Below are positions 17,829 to 25,817 of a stretch of 37,523 bases of DNA, piece after piece. The DNA is from Candidatus Adlerbacteria bacterium (GTDB lineage: Bacteria > Patescibacteriota > Minisyncoccia > Phycocordibacterales > SBAW01), in NCBI GenBank assembly GCA_027451965.1, contig DAIDHJ010000001.1, positions 317,276-354,798 on the forward strand. Reading direction: 5' to 3'. Numbering within the stretch: position 1 is the stretch's first letter; every line of letters starts with the position of its first letter. Position numbers and translations under genes: made by a program. Below the pieces are notes generated by a model. The model did not search any database. It was not told where the DNA came from and saw only the letters and a list, made by a program, of their open reading frames with translations.

Positions 17829-18167
17829 ATGGTTCAGTGGTATCGTTCTCTCCCGGCGTGGCAGCAGGCTGTGCTGCGAGATCTTGGACGAGGACTGTTG
17901 GCCTTATGTCTCCTTCCATTCCGGATTCTCGGGTGGATCTTGAGAGAGATGGGAACACAGGCAACGACGAGTACACAACGTTTCGTTCGGCCACTTCTGT
18001 GGCCGGCAGCTGGAGTCTTCGCCCTCTTCGCATTCTATACGGTGATGGGACCTCAGCAATTCTCGTCTCTCGTCGGTCTGCTTTTGACCTTGGGTATCGT
18101 CCTTTACGGACTGAAACTCATGGTCTTCGGTTTTTCAAAACCGAAGAAAAGAAAGCGGACACACTAA
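17829..18167 (+). CDS. Small hypothetical membrane protein (112 aa) with a basic C-tail
   Basis: SD GAAAGGAG, 2-3 hydrophobic segments, KPKKRKRTH end, own promoter and terminator. Confidence 0.75.
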   Translation: MVQWYRSLPAWQQAVLRDLGRGLLALCLLPFRILGWILREMGTQATTSTQRFVRPLLWPAAGVFALFAFYTVMGPQQFSSLVGLLLTLGIVLYGLKLMVFGFSKPKKRKRTH

Positions 18168-18175
18168 CATTCTCG

Positions 18176-18204
18176 GGCGGATTGCAATAGCGATCCGCCT
18201 TTTT
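18176..18204 (+). terminator. Intrinsic terminator
   Basis: GGCGGATTGC-AATA-GCGATCCGCC-TTTTT. Confidence 0.85.
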
Positions 18205-18272
18205 AATTTGCTATTAATAAGGTTCTCATATAATCCAACTCACGCAGCCAAGTCGTTATAGGTTCTTGGGTT

Positions 18273-18999
18273 CGAGATGCGTCGTTTACTTAACAATAGA
18301 ATAGATTACAATCAGATTGTATGAGTCAGCTAAAAATAGTTGCGCTCGGTGAAATAACTCAGAAGGCTGGAAAAGCTTTCTTTCCGCGTTTTGGGGGAAG
18401 CTTAAAAGATACTCTCGAACCATTTCCTGCGGAATATTTAGAAAAACAAAAAGAACATCCTGTAAAATTTTGGGGAGATATTTTCTGGGCTTTCAAAGAT
18501 ATTGTAGTCCAAGTGCTGAATTATTACGATGCAAAATCGGATTACGAAGTATCTACAGAAGTTGCGCATTTTGTAGTGAATTATTTGAAAAGTGATAAAT
18601 CTAAAAGATTGCTTAGCCAACTAGTGCCTTTTGGGGAATACATAGAAATGGGTAACGATTTCATGATGGAGACCGCAAGTCCAAGTGATAAATCGGCTCA
18701 ATTCAAGGATTGGTTTACAAAGGCGCTAACCCTCATTTGTATGGGGGTGCGTATAAGTTCTAAAGAAGAAGAGGCGCAAGTTAACACACAAAGAGAAGCT
18801 ATGCGTAAACTCGCACTACTTGCTTTGAAAGGATTGCATAATAATTCTTCCAAAGAAGATTTGACTGTAGCCACTTGGTTTAAGAATATGTTTTTACTAT
18901 TTGAAAATCTCGATATCAAGGGATCTACGCCGATGTTTTCTTTTGAGGAACAGAGTGCATTGGTCTGATATTTATAGATACACCCGAGACGCGTCGTTT
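18273..18999 (+). repeat. 15-bp direct repeat B (18273-18287 / 18985-18999), one mismatch
   Basis: CGAGATGCGTCGTTT versus CGAGACGCGTCGTTT, bracketing the 215-aa gene. Confidence 0.8.
18321..18968 (+). CDS. Hypothetical soluble protein (215 aa)
   Basis: Long AT-rich ORF with TACAAT 8 nt upstream; no motif recognised. Confidence 0.75.
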   Translation: MSQLKIVALGEITQKAGKAFFPRFGGSLKDTLEPFPAEYLEKQKEHPVKFWGDIFWAFKDIVVQVLNYYDAKSDYEVSTEVAHFVVNYLKSDKSKRLLSQLVPFGEYIEMGNDFMMETASPSDKSAQFKDWFTKALTLICMGVRISSKEEEAQVNTQREAMRKLALLALKGLHNNSSKEDLTVATWFKNMFLLFENLDIKGSTPMFSFEEQSALV

Positions 19000-19140
19000 T
19001 GTAAGTGTAAAATGAAGCTAATCCGTCAAGCGGGGTTTGACCGACCACGGTTCGAGCACGAGATGGCCAGCCAGTTTGAGACAGGTTCAGTCTCCGAGGT
19101 GTCTTTATAAAATATTAAAAAGGGGGCGTATACTTTATTT

Positions 19141-19686
19141 GTGATAGACATAATCAATAAAAACCAAGGGGTCATATCCTTTCTTGCGATTATTATCTCT
19201 CTAGTAACTTATTTCCTCACTGGCCAGAAATTGTGGGTCTTCGCTGTGCTTGTTGCAGTAATACTCATTTTGAGCGTACTCCTTTTTTGGGAGAAAAAGC
19301 GCCACAAATCTTTTGTAGATACTCAGAAGAAAGCCCGCATCCTATTCATTGATGACAAACACTGCGAGATTGTGACTAACTTACGGCGTAACGACTTTGA
19401 AGTTCGAAAAATTGATGATGTAACATCGCCAGCAACAGATACTGATGTTCAATGGGCAAATATAATCTTTGTCGACTATAAAGATGTTGGCAAGAAACTT
19501 TTTGGGAAAAAAGAAGGTCTCGGTCTTATAAGCGAGCTGAAGAGAACCTATATGAACAATAAGCGTTACGTTATCTATTCATCAGTACAAGATTTCGATG
19601 GACTTGTTGAGTTTCCATACATTCGGAAAAATGCTTCTTATGACGAATTCGTATCGCTAATTTCTACTGAGCTGGCCAAACTATGA
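19141..19686 (+). CDS. Membrane-anchored receiver (REC)-domain protein with no output domain
   Basis: Two N-terminal TM helices, then RILFIDD, IIFVDY (phospho-Asp position), EGLGLISELK, VIYSS, YIRK. Confidence 0.75.
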   Translation: MIDIINKNQGVISFLAIIISLVTYFLTGQKLWVFAVLVAVILILSVLLFWEKKRHKSFVDTQKKARILFIDDKHCEIVTNLRRNDFEVRKIDDVTSPATDTDVQWANIIFVDYKDVGKKLFGKKEGLGLISELKRTYMNNKRYVIYSSVQDFDGLVEFPYIRKNASYDEFVSLISTELAKL

Positions 19687-20687
19687 TTCACTTAAGAATC
19701 ACAAGTCAGGATAGGGTTTTGATAAATACATTTCCAGACGAATTTAGCGTTGAGGGCGCAGAAAAAGATAAGGATGTCCGCTACGTGGAACAAAAGATAG
19801 ATTCAGGGATCATTGAATTTCTTTTTGTGAAAGAGCCGCGTATCGCGAGGAGTAACAAGGTTCTCAATGCCTTTACATCGGCAATGACGATTCTTCTTGA
19901 AGAATCATTAAAGAATAATGTCCAACGAGCTCAAGAAATGGCTGATGATTACTTACATAACATAAAGAAGATTCATGGAAATCAAAAAAGCATAATTGAG
20001 AGATGTGTGTCAGGAGCCGAAGAACAAGAAAACTATCAGGAGTTCGTCAAATCTGTTGCGAGAGAAGTCCAGGAGAATCCAAGTGTAACAGCAGAGGATA
20101 TCTGCGCTCTTTCAAAAGAGATACGGCTGATTGATTACCATATTGGAGGTTACAACCTGTTGCGGGACAATTCATCGCGAATAGCAATTACGGACAATCA
20201 CGACTTAAGAAAGTTTCTACTAGGGTTATCTCATCTATTTTTCGATTCTTTCTCAAAGAATAAAGTTCTTGTTAGTCTGCATGAGATTGACAAAGATTTC
20301 CGATGTTCATTCGAATACGAAACTTTCAATGTTGCCATGCATAGCTTCCTCGAGAATATCGTCAAATATTCTAAGCCCTACTCTAAGGTGAGAATTTATA
20401 CGCAAAATACGGGTCAACTTATTTTCCAAATGGAAAGTATTCGCCTCGAGAAGGATGAGTTAACCAGTATTTTCAAAAGAGGAGTGTCTGGTCGCAATGT
20501 TCCAGATGATTTGCGTGGGAATGGCATTGGCATGTATCAACTAAAGAAGGCTTTGGATAGAAGTAATATCTCCATATCTATCAGGCCAAATTACTCAAAA
20601 AACTCAGATTTAAACGGCATTCAATATGCCGAGAACATTTTTTCGTTTACATTTCCGAAATTCTCGTTCCGAGATGTATCATTTTAA
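19683..20687 (+). CDS. Soluble histidine-kinase-like HATPase protein
   Basis: ATGA overlap with the REC gene. H-box-like DYLHNIKK, N-box LENIVKYS, F-box IFKRGVSG, G2 GNGIGMY; no TM. Confidence 0.75.
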   Translation: MIHLRITSQDRVLINTFPDEFSVEGAEKDKDVRYVEQKIDSGIIEFLFVKEPRIARSNKVLNAFTSAMTILLEESLKNNVQRAQEMADDYLHNIKKIHGNQKSIIERCVSGAEEQENYQEFVKSVAREVQENPSVTAEDICALSKEIRLIDYHIGGYNLLRDNSSRIAITDNHDLRKFLLGLSHLFFDSFSKNKVLVSLHEIDKDFRCSFEYETFNVAMHSFLENIVKYSKPYSKVRIYTQNTGQLIFQMESIRLEKDELTSIFKRGVSGRNVPDDLRGNGIGMYQLKKALDRSNISISIRPNYSKNSDLNGIQYAENIFSFTFPKFSFRDVSF

Positions 20688-20814
20688 AAAAGGAAAAGTC
20701 GCCCGAAAACCCTTGTGGTGCTTGATGGATAATTTTCTGAAACCGAGGGGCCAGCCAGTTTGAGATACGTTCGGAGTTCAAGTAATATAAATCTTATATC
20801 CCAACTAACTTCCT

Positions 20815-21279
20815 ATGCGTAAATTACTTGTCTGGATTGTTTTAATTCTTATTGTTGCAGTAGCAGTATGGTACACACTACCCAAACGAGCGCCACAGCA
20901 ACAGAGCAATAGCGCTGCCAGTACCACTCAAATACCCGGCGACAATCTTACCTTAGGGCAAACTGCCTCTGCCGGAGTGGGAACATATCTCGTGGCATAT
21001 AACGGGATGACTCTCTACACGTATGCGCTTGATGCTACCAATGTTTCCAATTGCACCGGAGGATGCGCAGTCGCGTGGCCGCCGTATCTGGTAACTTCAA
21101 CAAAAAACCTTGTAGCAGAATATCCGCTTAATGGAATGATAGGGACCATTGCCCGTAGCGACGGTTCAACACAAATAACCTATAACGGCCGACCGCTCTA
21201 CTTTTTCAAAGGAGATACAGCGCCAAATCAGGTAAATGGGCAGGGTATCGGAGGAGTGTGGTACGCAGCAAAGCCTTAA
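20815..21279 (+). CDS. Secreted/anchored COG4315-type protein with Yx(F/W/Y)xxD repeats
   Basis: GMTLYTYALD, CTGGCAVAWPP, QITYNGRPLYFFKGD, GQGIGGVW. Confidence 0.85.
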   Translation: MRKLLVWIVLILIVAVAVWYTLPKRAPQQQSNSAASTTQIPGDNLTLGQTASAGVGTYLVAYNGMTLYTYALDATNVSNCTGGCAVAWPPYLVTSTKNLVAEYPLNGMIGTIARSDGSTQITYNGRPLYFFKGDTAPNQVNGQGIGGVWYAAKP

Positions 21280-22745
21280 GGCAGTACGTTCCAAATATTC
21301 GGATCCTCACCTCCATCTAATTTGAATATTGCTACGCCTCGTACGCCAAGCTGTTTAGCTAAGGTAACTTTTTGTGCGATTGCTTGCGCATCGCTCCAAT
21401 CGATCAAGTTGAATGTGGATCCGGTTGTCGTAGACATGCCATCGGTATAGGAGACAGAGGGCATGTTAACAGTGTTTGTTGGATTGAGATCAACTTCATC
21501 TCCCGTAGGCGAATAATTTCCCGATGATACATAGGTAAATGATGGCTCTCCGGCGCTATTGCGAATAGGGGAGATACCCAGTTTCGACATGAGATCGAGT
21601 GCGTATTTCTGGTTGAACGGCCAGAGCATCTGATACTTGTACTGGTATCCGGAGGAAGAGATTACCGGCGTGACCGAATATTCATAGCCGTAGGTAGGAA
21701 CGCCGATAATGATTTTGTTTCGTGCGATGGACTGTGCAGCGAGATTTACCAGATCGCTGACCCATTTCGGATCGGCAACCGGAGCGTAAGGACCGGTTTG
21801 TTCTTTGTTCAATGGCTTGTCGATAGTGCCCTGGTCATATGCCATAATCTCGACTCGGTCGCAGTATCGGTTCATTTGCGTGTAATCATTTGCATAGTCT
21901 GTTGCGTCCAAAGGAATGGTAGCTCCCGGGGCATATCGATCGCTCAGTGGCATCCGTGCTTCCACGGTGCAATACACCCATTTGTTTCCCATCTTGGGAT
22001 AGAGTTCTCGTAAGAATGCCGAAAATGCATTTCTGGTATCTGCGGTTTTTGCCTCGAAATCAATATCAATGCCATCAAAATTGTTTTGACGCACTGTTGC
22101 GACAATCTCATTTTCAAGTGCGATACGAGATGCTGGATCAGTAAGTACTGCCTGTTCTGCAGTGCCGTTACCCCACATCACGGTCGGTACTACGCGAACA
22201 TGAGCTTGTTTTGCAGTCGCAATGAATGAGCTCCAAGTGATTCCGGTAATATTTCCCGCATCGTATAGATGGCCGTTCACGGTTACGGTGTAATTAAACG
22301 GCATGACTGAAGTGAGCTGATTAAGATGCGGCAACACATCTTGCGTACCGGATGCAGTGCTCCAGTAGGGAATCCATCCGGATATCTCAAACTTTCCCGT
22401 TGCACGGCGCGTTTCTGTACCGGTGAGTATTGCTTCTGGATTGGTAAAATTATACAGCGCTTGCTGAGTAAGCGGTCCTGCAATGCCATATCCGGAGTAG
22501 GCCGCGCCGGAGCAGATAATATTTTCCGTGCATTGAAACTTTTCTACTGCCGCTTGTGTCAGCGGTCCGAAATAACCGGTAGCACTATCTGAAGAAAGGT
22601 AGCCAAGAGTGATCAGCTGTTTTTGAAGAAGGGTCACTCCATACCCTGAGGAACCAAGAGTGAAAGACCGGGCGGCAAAGGAAGTGTGCGGTAGAAGGAG
22701 AACTATCACTGCCAGTATTCCGATAAATAAATGTTGTTGTTTCAT
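21276..22745 (-). CDS. Secreted GH18 glycoside hydrolase with an N-terminal peptidoglycan-binding domain
   Basis: Signal peptide; LGSSG..V..LQ..L...GY..TGYFGPLTQAAVEKFQ; intact DGIDIDFE catalytic motif; IMAYD; GVPTYGY. Confidence 0.9.
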   Translation of the reverse strand: MKQQHLFIGILAVIVLLLPHTSFAARSFTLGSSGYGVTLLQKQLITLGYLSSDSATGYFGPLTQAAVEKFQCTENIICSGAAYSGYGIAGPLTQQALYNFTNPEAILTGTETRRATGKFEISGWIPYWSTASGTQDVLPHLNQLTSVMPFNYTVTVNGHLYDAGNITGITWSSFIATAKQAHVRVVPTVMWGNGTAEQAVLTDPASRIALENEIVATVRQNNFDGIDIDFEAKTADTRNAFSAFLRELYPKMGNKWVYCTVEARMPLSDRYAPGATIPLDATDYANDYTQMNRYCDRVEIMAYDQGTIDKPLNKEQTGPYAPVADPKWVSDLVNLAAQSIARNKIIIGVPTYGYEYSVTPVISSSGYQYKYQMLWPFNQKYALDLMSKLGISPIRNSAGEPSFTYVSSGNYSPTGDEVDLNPTNTVNMPSVSYTDGMSTTTGSTFNLIDWSDAQAIAQKVTLAKQLGVRGVAIFKLDGGEDPNIWNVLP

Positions 22746-23039
22746 ATTCAGTCTCCCAATTATATACGGTTTTACCTCTAATGAGGTAGGAGGATCATGA
22801 ACTATTTATATAGGATACACAGAGCGCTATGTATTCTTAAGGTAATTTTGTAAATAATTCCCTTACATAAACACCAAAGGCCGCCAGGAAACCCTGGTGG
22901 CCTTCGGTTGCCCTGTTGGGAGATATTCCCAAAACAGGTGAACACAGTGTAGAAATAGGGCGATGAGAATTTTGTGAAAGATTGCTTTTTTAGAAGAGAG
23001 ATGAAATGATATTTTCATCTCTTCATCCATTTGCACCCC

Positions 23040-24146
23040 ATGTCTCCTGCACCTAAAAAGCATTTTACAAAGAAACACATACTTTTTTTCGCGCAGGGCA
23101 TAACTATCGTAGTGGCAGGGGTACTGAGTGTATATCTGATCAGCAACGCCGCGCCGCTGCACTATACTGCTTCGAAAAACTCCACTGCGACCACAACAGC
23201 TCCGAGCGCAACCACTGCAGGGTCGCTGCAACCGCTTGATATTGCTCTATATAACGAGAAAATGCTTGCTCTGGCGAACTATCCAAAAACGGCAGGCACT
23301 TCCAGCGCTTCTTCAAGCGTATCTCATCTATGGCCGGTAAAAACGGTATATCCGAATGCGGGTGCACTCCTGCCATTCCATCGCATTGTTGCCTACTACG
23401 GCAACTTTTACTCAAAACAAATGGGTGTCCTTGGAGCGTATCCTCCGCAACAAATGCTGCAAATGCTCCAACAAGCTGCAGCGCAGTGGCAAGCTGCCGA
23501 TCCTAATACACCCGTTATTCCCGCACTCGACTATATTGCAGTAACCGCACAAGGAAGCGCCGGTCCTGATGGAAAATATCGAGCGCGCATGCCGGCAAGT
23601 CAGATTGAAGAAGCAATAACACTTGCCAATCAGGTGCATGGACTCGTGTTCCTTGATGTACAGGTCGGATTAAGCAATCTCCAAACCGAGCTGCCGCTGC
23701 TCGAGCCGTATCTCAAGCTGCCACAAGTAGAACTTTCCATAGATCCAGAGTTTTCGATGAAAGACGGTACGCCGCCGGGGAAGGAGATCGGTACTTTCAA
23801 TGCTTCGGATGTTAACTATGCCGCTAATCTTCTTGCTTCTATTGTCCGACAAAATAATCTGCCACCAAAAATCCTCGTCGTCCATCGATTCACTGAGGAC
23901 ATGGTAACCGGCTACAAGCAAATCACCCCATTGCCGGAAGTGCAGATTGTCATGGATATGGATGGATGGGGCTACCCGGAAAAGAAAATCCATACCTACA
24001 AGAGCGTTATCGCTTCAGAACCGGTGCAGTTTACCGGATTCAAACTGTTTTATAAGGCAGATTTGCGCCCGCCGAGCACCCGCTTGCTCACGCCGGCAGA
24101 AGTATTGTCGCTTCAACCCCAGCCTATTTACATTCAGTATCAGTAA
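23040..24146 (+). CDS. Conserved hypothetical membrane-anchored extracytoplasmic protein
   Basis: N-terminal TM, Ser/Thr linker, globular domain RIVAYYGN...LDVQVG...IDPEF...VVHRFT...DMDGWG...GFKLFY. Confidence 0.8.
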   Translation: MSPAPKKHFTKKHILFFAQGITIVVAGVLSVYLISNAAPLHYTASKNSTATTTAPSATTAGSLQPLDIALYNEKMLALANYPKTAGTSSASSSVSHLWPVKTVYPNAGALLPFHRIVAYYGNFYSKQMGVLGAYPPQQMLQMLQQAAAQWQAADPNTPVIPALDYIAVTAQGSAGPDGKYRARMPASQIEEAITLANQVHGLVFLDVQVGLSNLQTELPLLEPYLKLPQVELSIDPEFSMKDGTPPGKEIGTFNASDVNYAANLLASIVRQNNLPPKILVVHRFTEDMVTGYKQITPLPEVQIVMDMDGWGYPEKKIHTYKSVIASEPVQFTGFKLFYKADLRPPSTRLLTPAEVLSLQPQPIYIQYQ

Positions 24147-24408
24147 GTACTGCGAAACGGGGAACGCGTCGTTCTCCCACTACTACTGTTTCCAGCCAGC
24201 TGGTAAGCGGACGAATAAAGGTGAGTTTCTCTCCATACTGCGCCTGATAGATGACCGCTAACGTGTCATCTGCTTCCATAATCCCCAAACAAAGAACGGT
24301 ATAGCGATGTTGTGGATCTTTGTAATGCACATATGTAGCGCCCACACATACCAATGCTCGTGCATCATCGAGTGCCTCCTGTAATTTGTTCCCTGGGACA
24401 TGCGTCAT
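24124..24408 (-). CDS. DUF1653-domain protein
   Basis: YVHYK..Y.V....E....VIYQAQYG....RP...W. Confidence 0.75.
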   Translation of the reverse strand: MTHVPGNKLQEALDDARALVCVGATYVHYKDPQHRYTVLCLGIMEADDTLAVIYQAQYGEKLTFIRPLTSWLETVVVGERRVPRFAVLTDTECK

Positions 24409-24413
24409 GTGTG

Positions 24414-24427
24414 CCAGTATATACTGG
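24414..24427. promoter_or_regulatory. Palindromic bidirectional -10 element
   Basis: CCAGTATATACTGG contains TATACT on both strands, 6 and 7 nt from two divergent ATGs. Confidence 0.65.
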
Positions 24428-24431
24428 AGCT

Positions 24432-24734
24432 ATGGAATACCATAAGTTAGTCAGAGATTACATTCCTGATCGTATTCAGGAAAAAGGAGAGCGTGCTGTG
24501 TTTCATATTGCTGATAAGGAAGAGTATCAAGAAAAACTACGGGAAAAACTTTCTGAAGAAGTTGCCGAATATCTGGAGAGCCAGTCGACAGAAGAGCTGG
24601 CGGATATTCTTGAAGTGGTGTACGCGCTCGCGCAGCTTGCTGGCGATACCCCGGCAATAGTGGAAAAGCTGCGTGTAGAAAAAGCGGAGAAACGAGGGGC
24701 CTTCACAAAGCGGATTATCCTGGATGAATCCTGA
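24432..24734 (+). CDS. MazG-like/PRA-PH nucleoside triphosphate pyrophosphohydrolase
   Basis: YHKLVRDYIP, KLSEEVAEY, EELADILEV, KAEKRGAF. Confidence 0.88.
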   Translation: MEYHKLVRDYIPDRIQEKGERAVFHIADKEEYQEKLREKLSEEVAEYLESQSTEELADILEVVYALAQLAGDTPAIVEKLRVEKAEKRGAFTKRIILDES

Positions 24735-24799
24735 TTCTTCATCCCATATATAGAGGGTACTCTGCATAGTTTAGCTATTATCCGAGTAATGCTTTCACT

Positions 24800-24952
24800 A
24801 TGCTTTATGCAATTGCGGCAATTTTAATAGTGCTTTGGCTCATCGGAGTGCTTGCCGCATACACCTTAGGAGGTTTTATTCACATCCTCTTGGTAATAGC
24901 GATCATTATGATTCTCATACGCCTTATCCAGGGAGAAAATCCCGTTAAGTAA
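24800..24952 (+). CDS. Small membrane protein, lmo0937/DUF5670-like (50 aa; absent from the ORF track)
   Basis: MLYAIAAILIVLWLIGVLAAYTLGGFIHILLVIAIIMILIRLIQGENPVK; LWL.G and GGFIHILLVIA signatures. Confidence 0.85.
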   Translation: MLYAIAAILIVLWLIGVLAAYTLGGFIHILLVIAIIMILIRLIQGENPVK

Positions 24953-24971
24953 GGAGGTGTATACTATGGCT

Positions 24972-25325
24972 ATGTTTGAAAACATAGGATTTGTGGTGTA
25001 TGCCGTGACCGATATGCCACAGGCGCGTGCATTTTACGAAGGAGTACTCGGTCTCACGCCGAATGCCCCGGTTTCTGAAGGGCATCCGTGGGTAGAGTAC
25101 GATATCGGTTCAAGTACTCTGGCAATCGGTTCTTCACCGGAATGGAAACCGTCTGCTGATGGCGCGACAGCCGCGCTGGAAGCGAAAGATTTTGATGCGG
25201 TCATTGCTGCACTCAAAGGACACAATGTTCCATTTATGCTGGAACCACAGGATTTTCCCACGTGCCATATGGCCGTCATTCAAGACCCGGACGGCAATAA
25301 ACTCCTTATCCATAAGCGCAAATAA
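24972..25325 (+). CDS. VOC/glyoxalase family protein
   Basis: YAVTDMPQARAFYEGVLGL, QDPDGNKL. The start could instead be 24966. Confidence 0.9.
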   Translation: MFENIGFVVYAVTDMPQARAFYEGVLGLTPNAPVSEGHPWVEYDIGSSTLAIGSSPEWKPSADGATAALEAKDFDAVIAALKGHNVPFMLEPQDFPTCHMAVIQDPDGNKLLIHKRK

Positions 25326-25361
25326 GCAGGGAAGGGATGGTATATACTAAGGGTATACCTC

Positions 25362-25760
25362 ATGGATTCCATACAGTTATTGCCGGTTACAGAATTGCGT
25401 CCTCACGAAAGGGTGATTTTGCCGAGAGCACTCGCGTTGTTTACCAAGATGGCATGGGATCAAATGTTTTTAAAGCCTATTTTGGTAGATCAACATACCA
25501 AGGTGATTTTGGACGGGCATCATCGTTGGTGGGCGAGCCGTAAGCTCGGTCTCCAGCTTATTCCATGCTACTGCATCGATTATCTCAATGATGCACGTAT
25601 CTCCTGCGAACCTCGGCGGGAAGATATTCCGGTTACCAAGGAAACTCTGATTGCCACTGCCGTTACCGGGGTAGTATTTCCCCCAAAAACCACAAAACAT
25701 CGCTATGAATTGCCCACGCACAGCAATTTTTCGTTCAAAGAATTGCGCACCTCTCCTTGA
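25362..25760 (+). CDS. Stand-alone ParB/Srx-fold protein (SerK/SbnI-like)
   Basis: LRPHE, PILVD, ILDGHHR, FPPKTTKH; no HTH. Confidence 0.75.
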   Translation: MDSIQLLPVTELRPHERVILPRALALFTKMAWDQMFLKPILVDQHTKVILDGHHRWWASRKLGLQLIPCYCIDYLNDARISCEPRREDIPVTKETLIATAVTGVVFPPKTTKHRYELPTHSNFSFKELRTSP

Positions 25761-25817
25761 ACTGTATGTACTTGCATTTTTTGAAATATATGGTAGTATA
25801 TTCACATTAATCGTTTT

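Larger units (their letters stand above)
17712..18253 (+). repeat. Imperfect ~34-bp direct repeat A (17712-17745 / 18220-18253) with a 14-bp identical core
   Basis: CCAACTCACGCAGC at 17728-17741 and 18235-18248; both copies are preceded by AGG(C)TTCT(T/C)ATAT and followed by (C)AAGT. Confidence 0.85.
15707..20772 (+). mobile_element. tRNA-Gln-anchored accessory island of four tandem modules; no integrase in the window
   Basis: Non-core genes directly after the tRNA 3' end; tRNA-end-like CAGCNA(A)GT sites at 17738, 18245, 19068 and 20752; three pairs of direct repeats. Confidence 0.55.
19065..20772 (+). repeat. 24-bp direct repeat C (19065-19088 / 20749-20772); first 17 bp identical
   Basis: GGCCAGCCAGTTTGAGA-CAGGTTC versus GGCCAGCCAGTTTGAGA-TACGTTC, bracketing the receiver/kinase pair. 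Confidence 0.9.

Noticed and set aside
19020-19073. Additional intact tRNA gene
   Set aside because: GGTTCGAG and a CCA end are present, but the T-stem and acceptor stem do not pair; treated as an att-like remnant.
17712-20772. CRISPR array or classical integron attC array
   Set aside because: Repeats occur as distinct pairs with gene-sized spacing, no attC-type hairpins with RYYYAAC/GTTRRRY ends were recognised, and no cas or intI gene is present.
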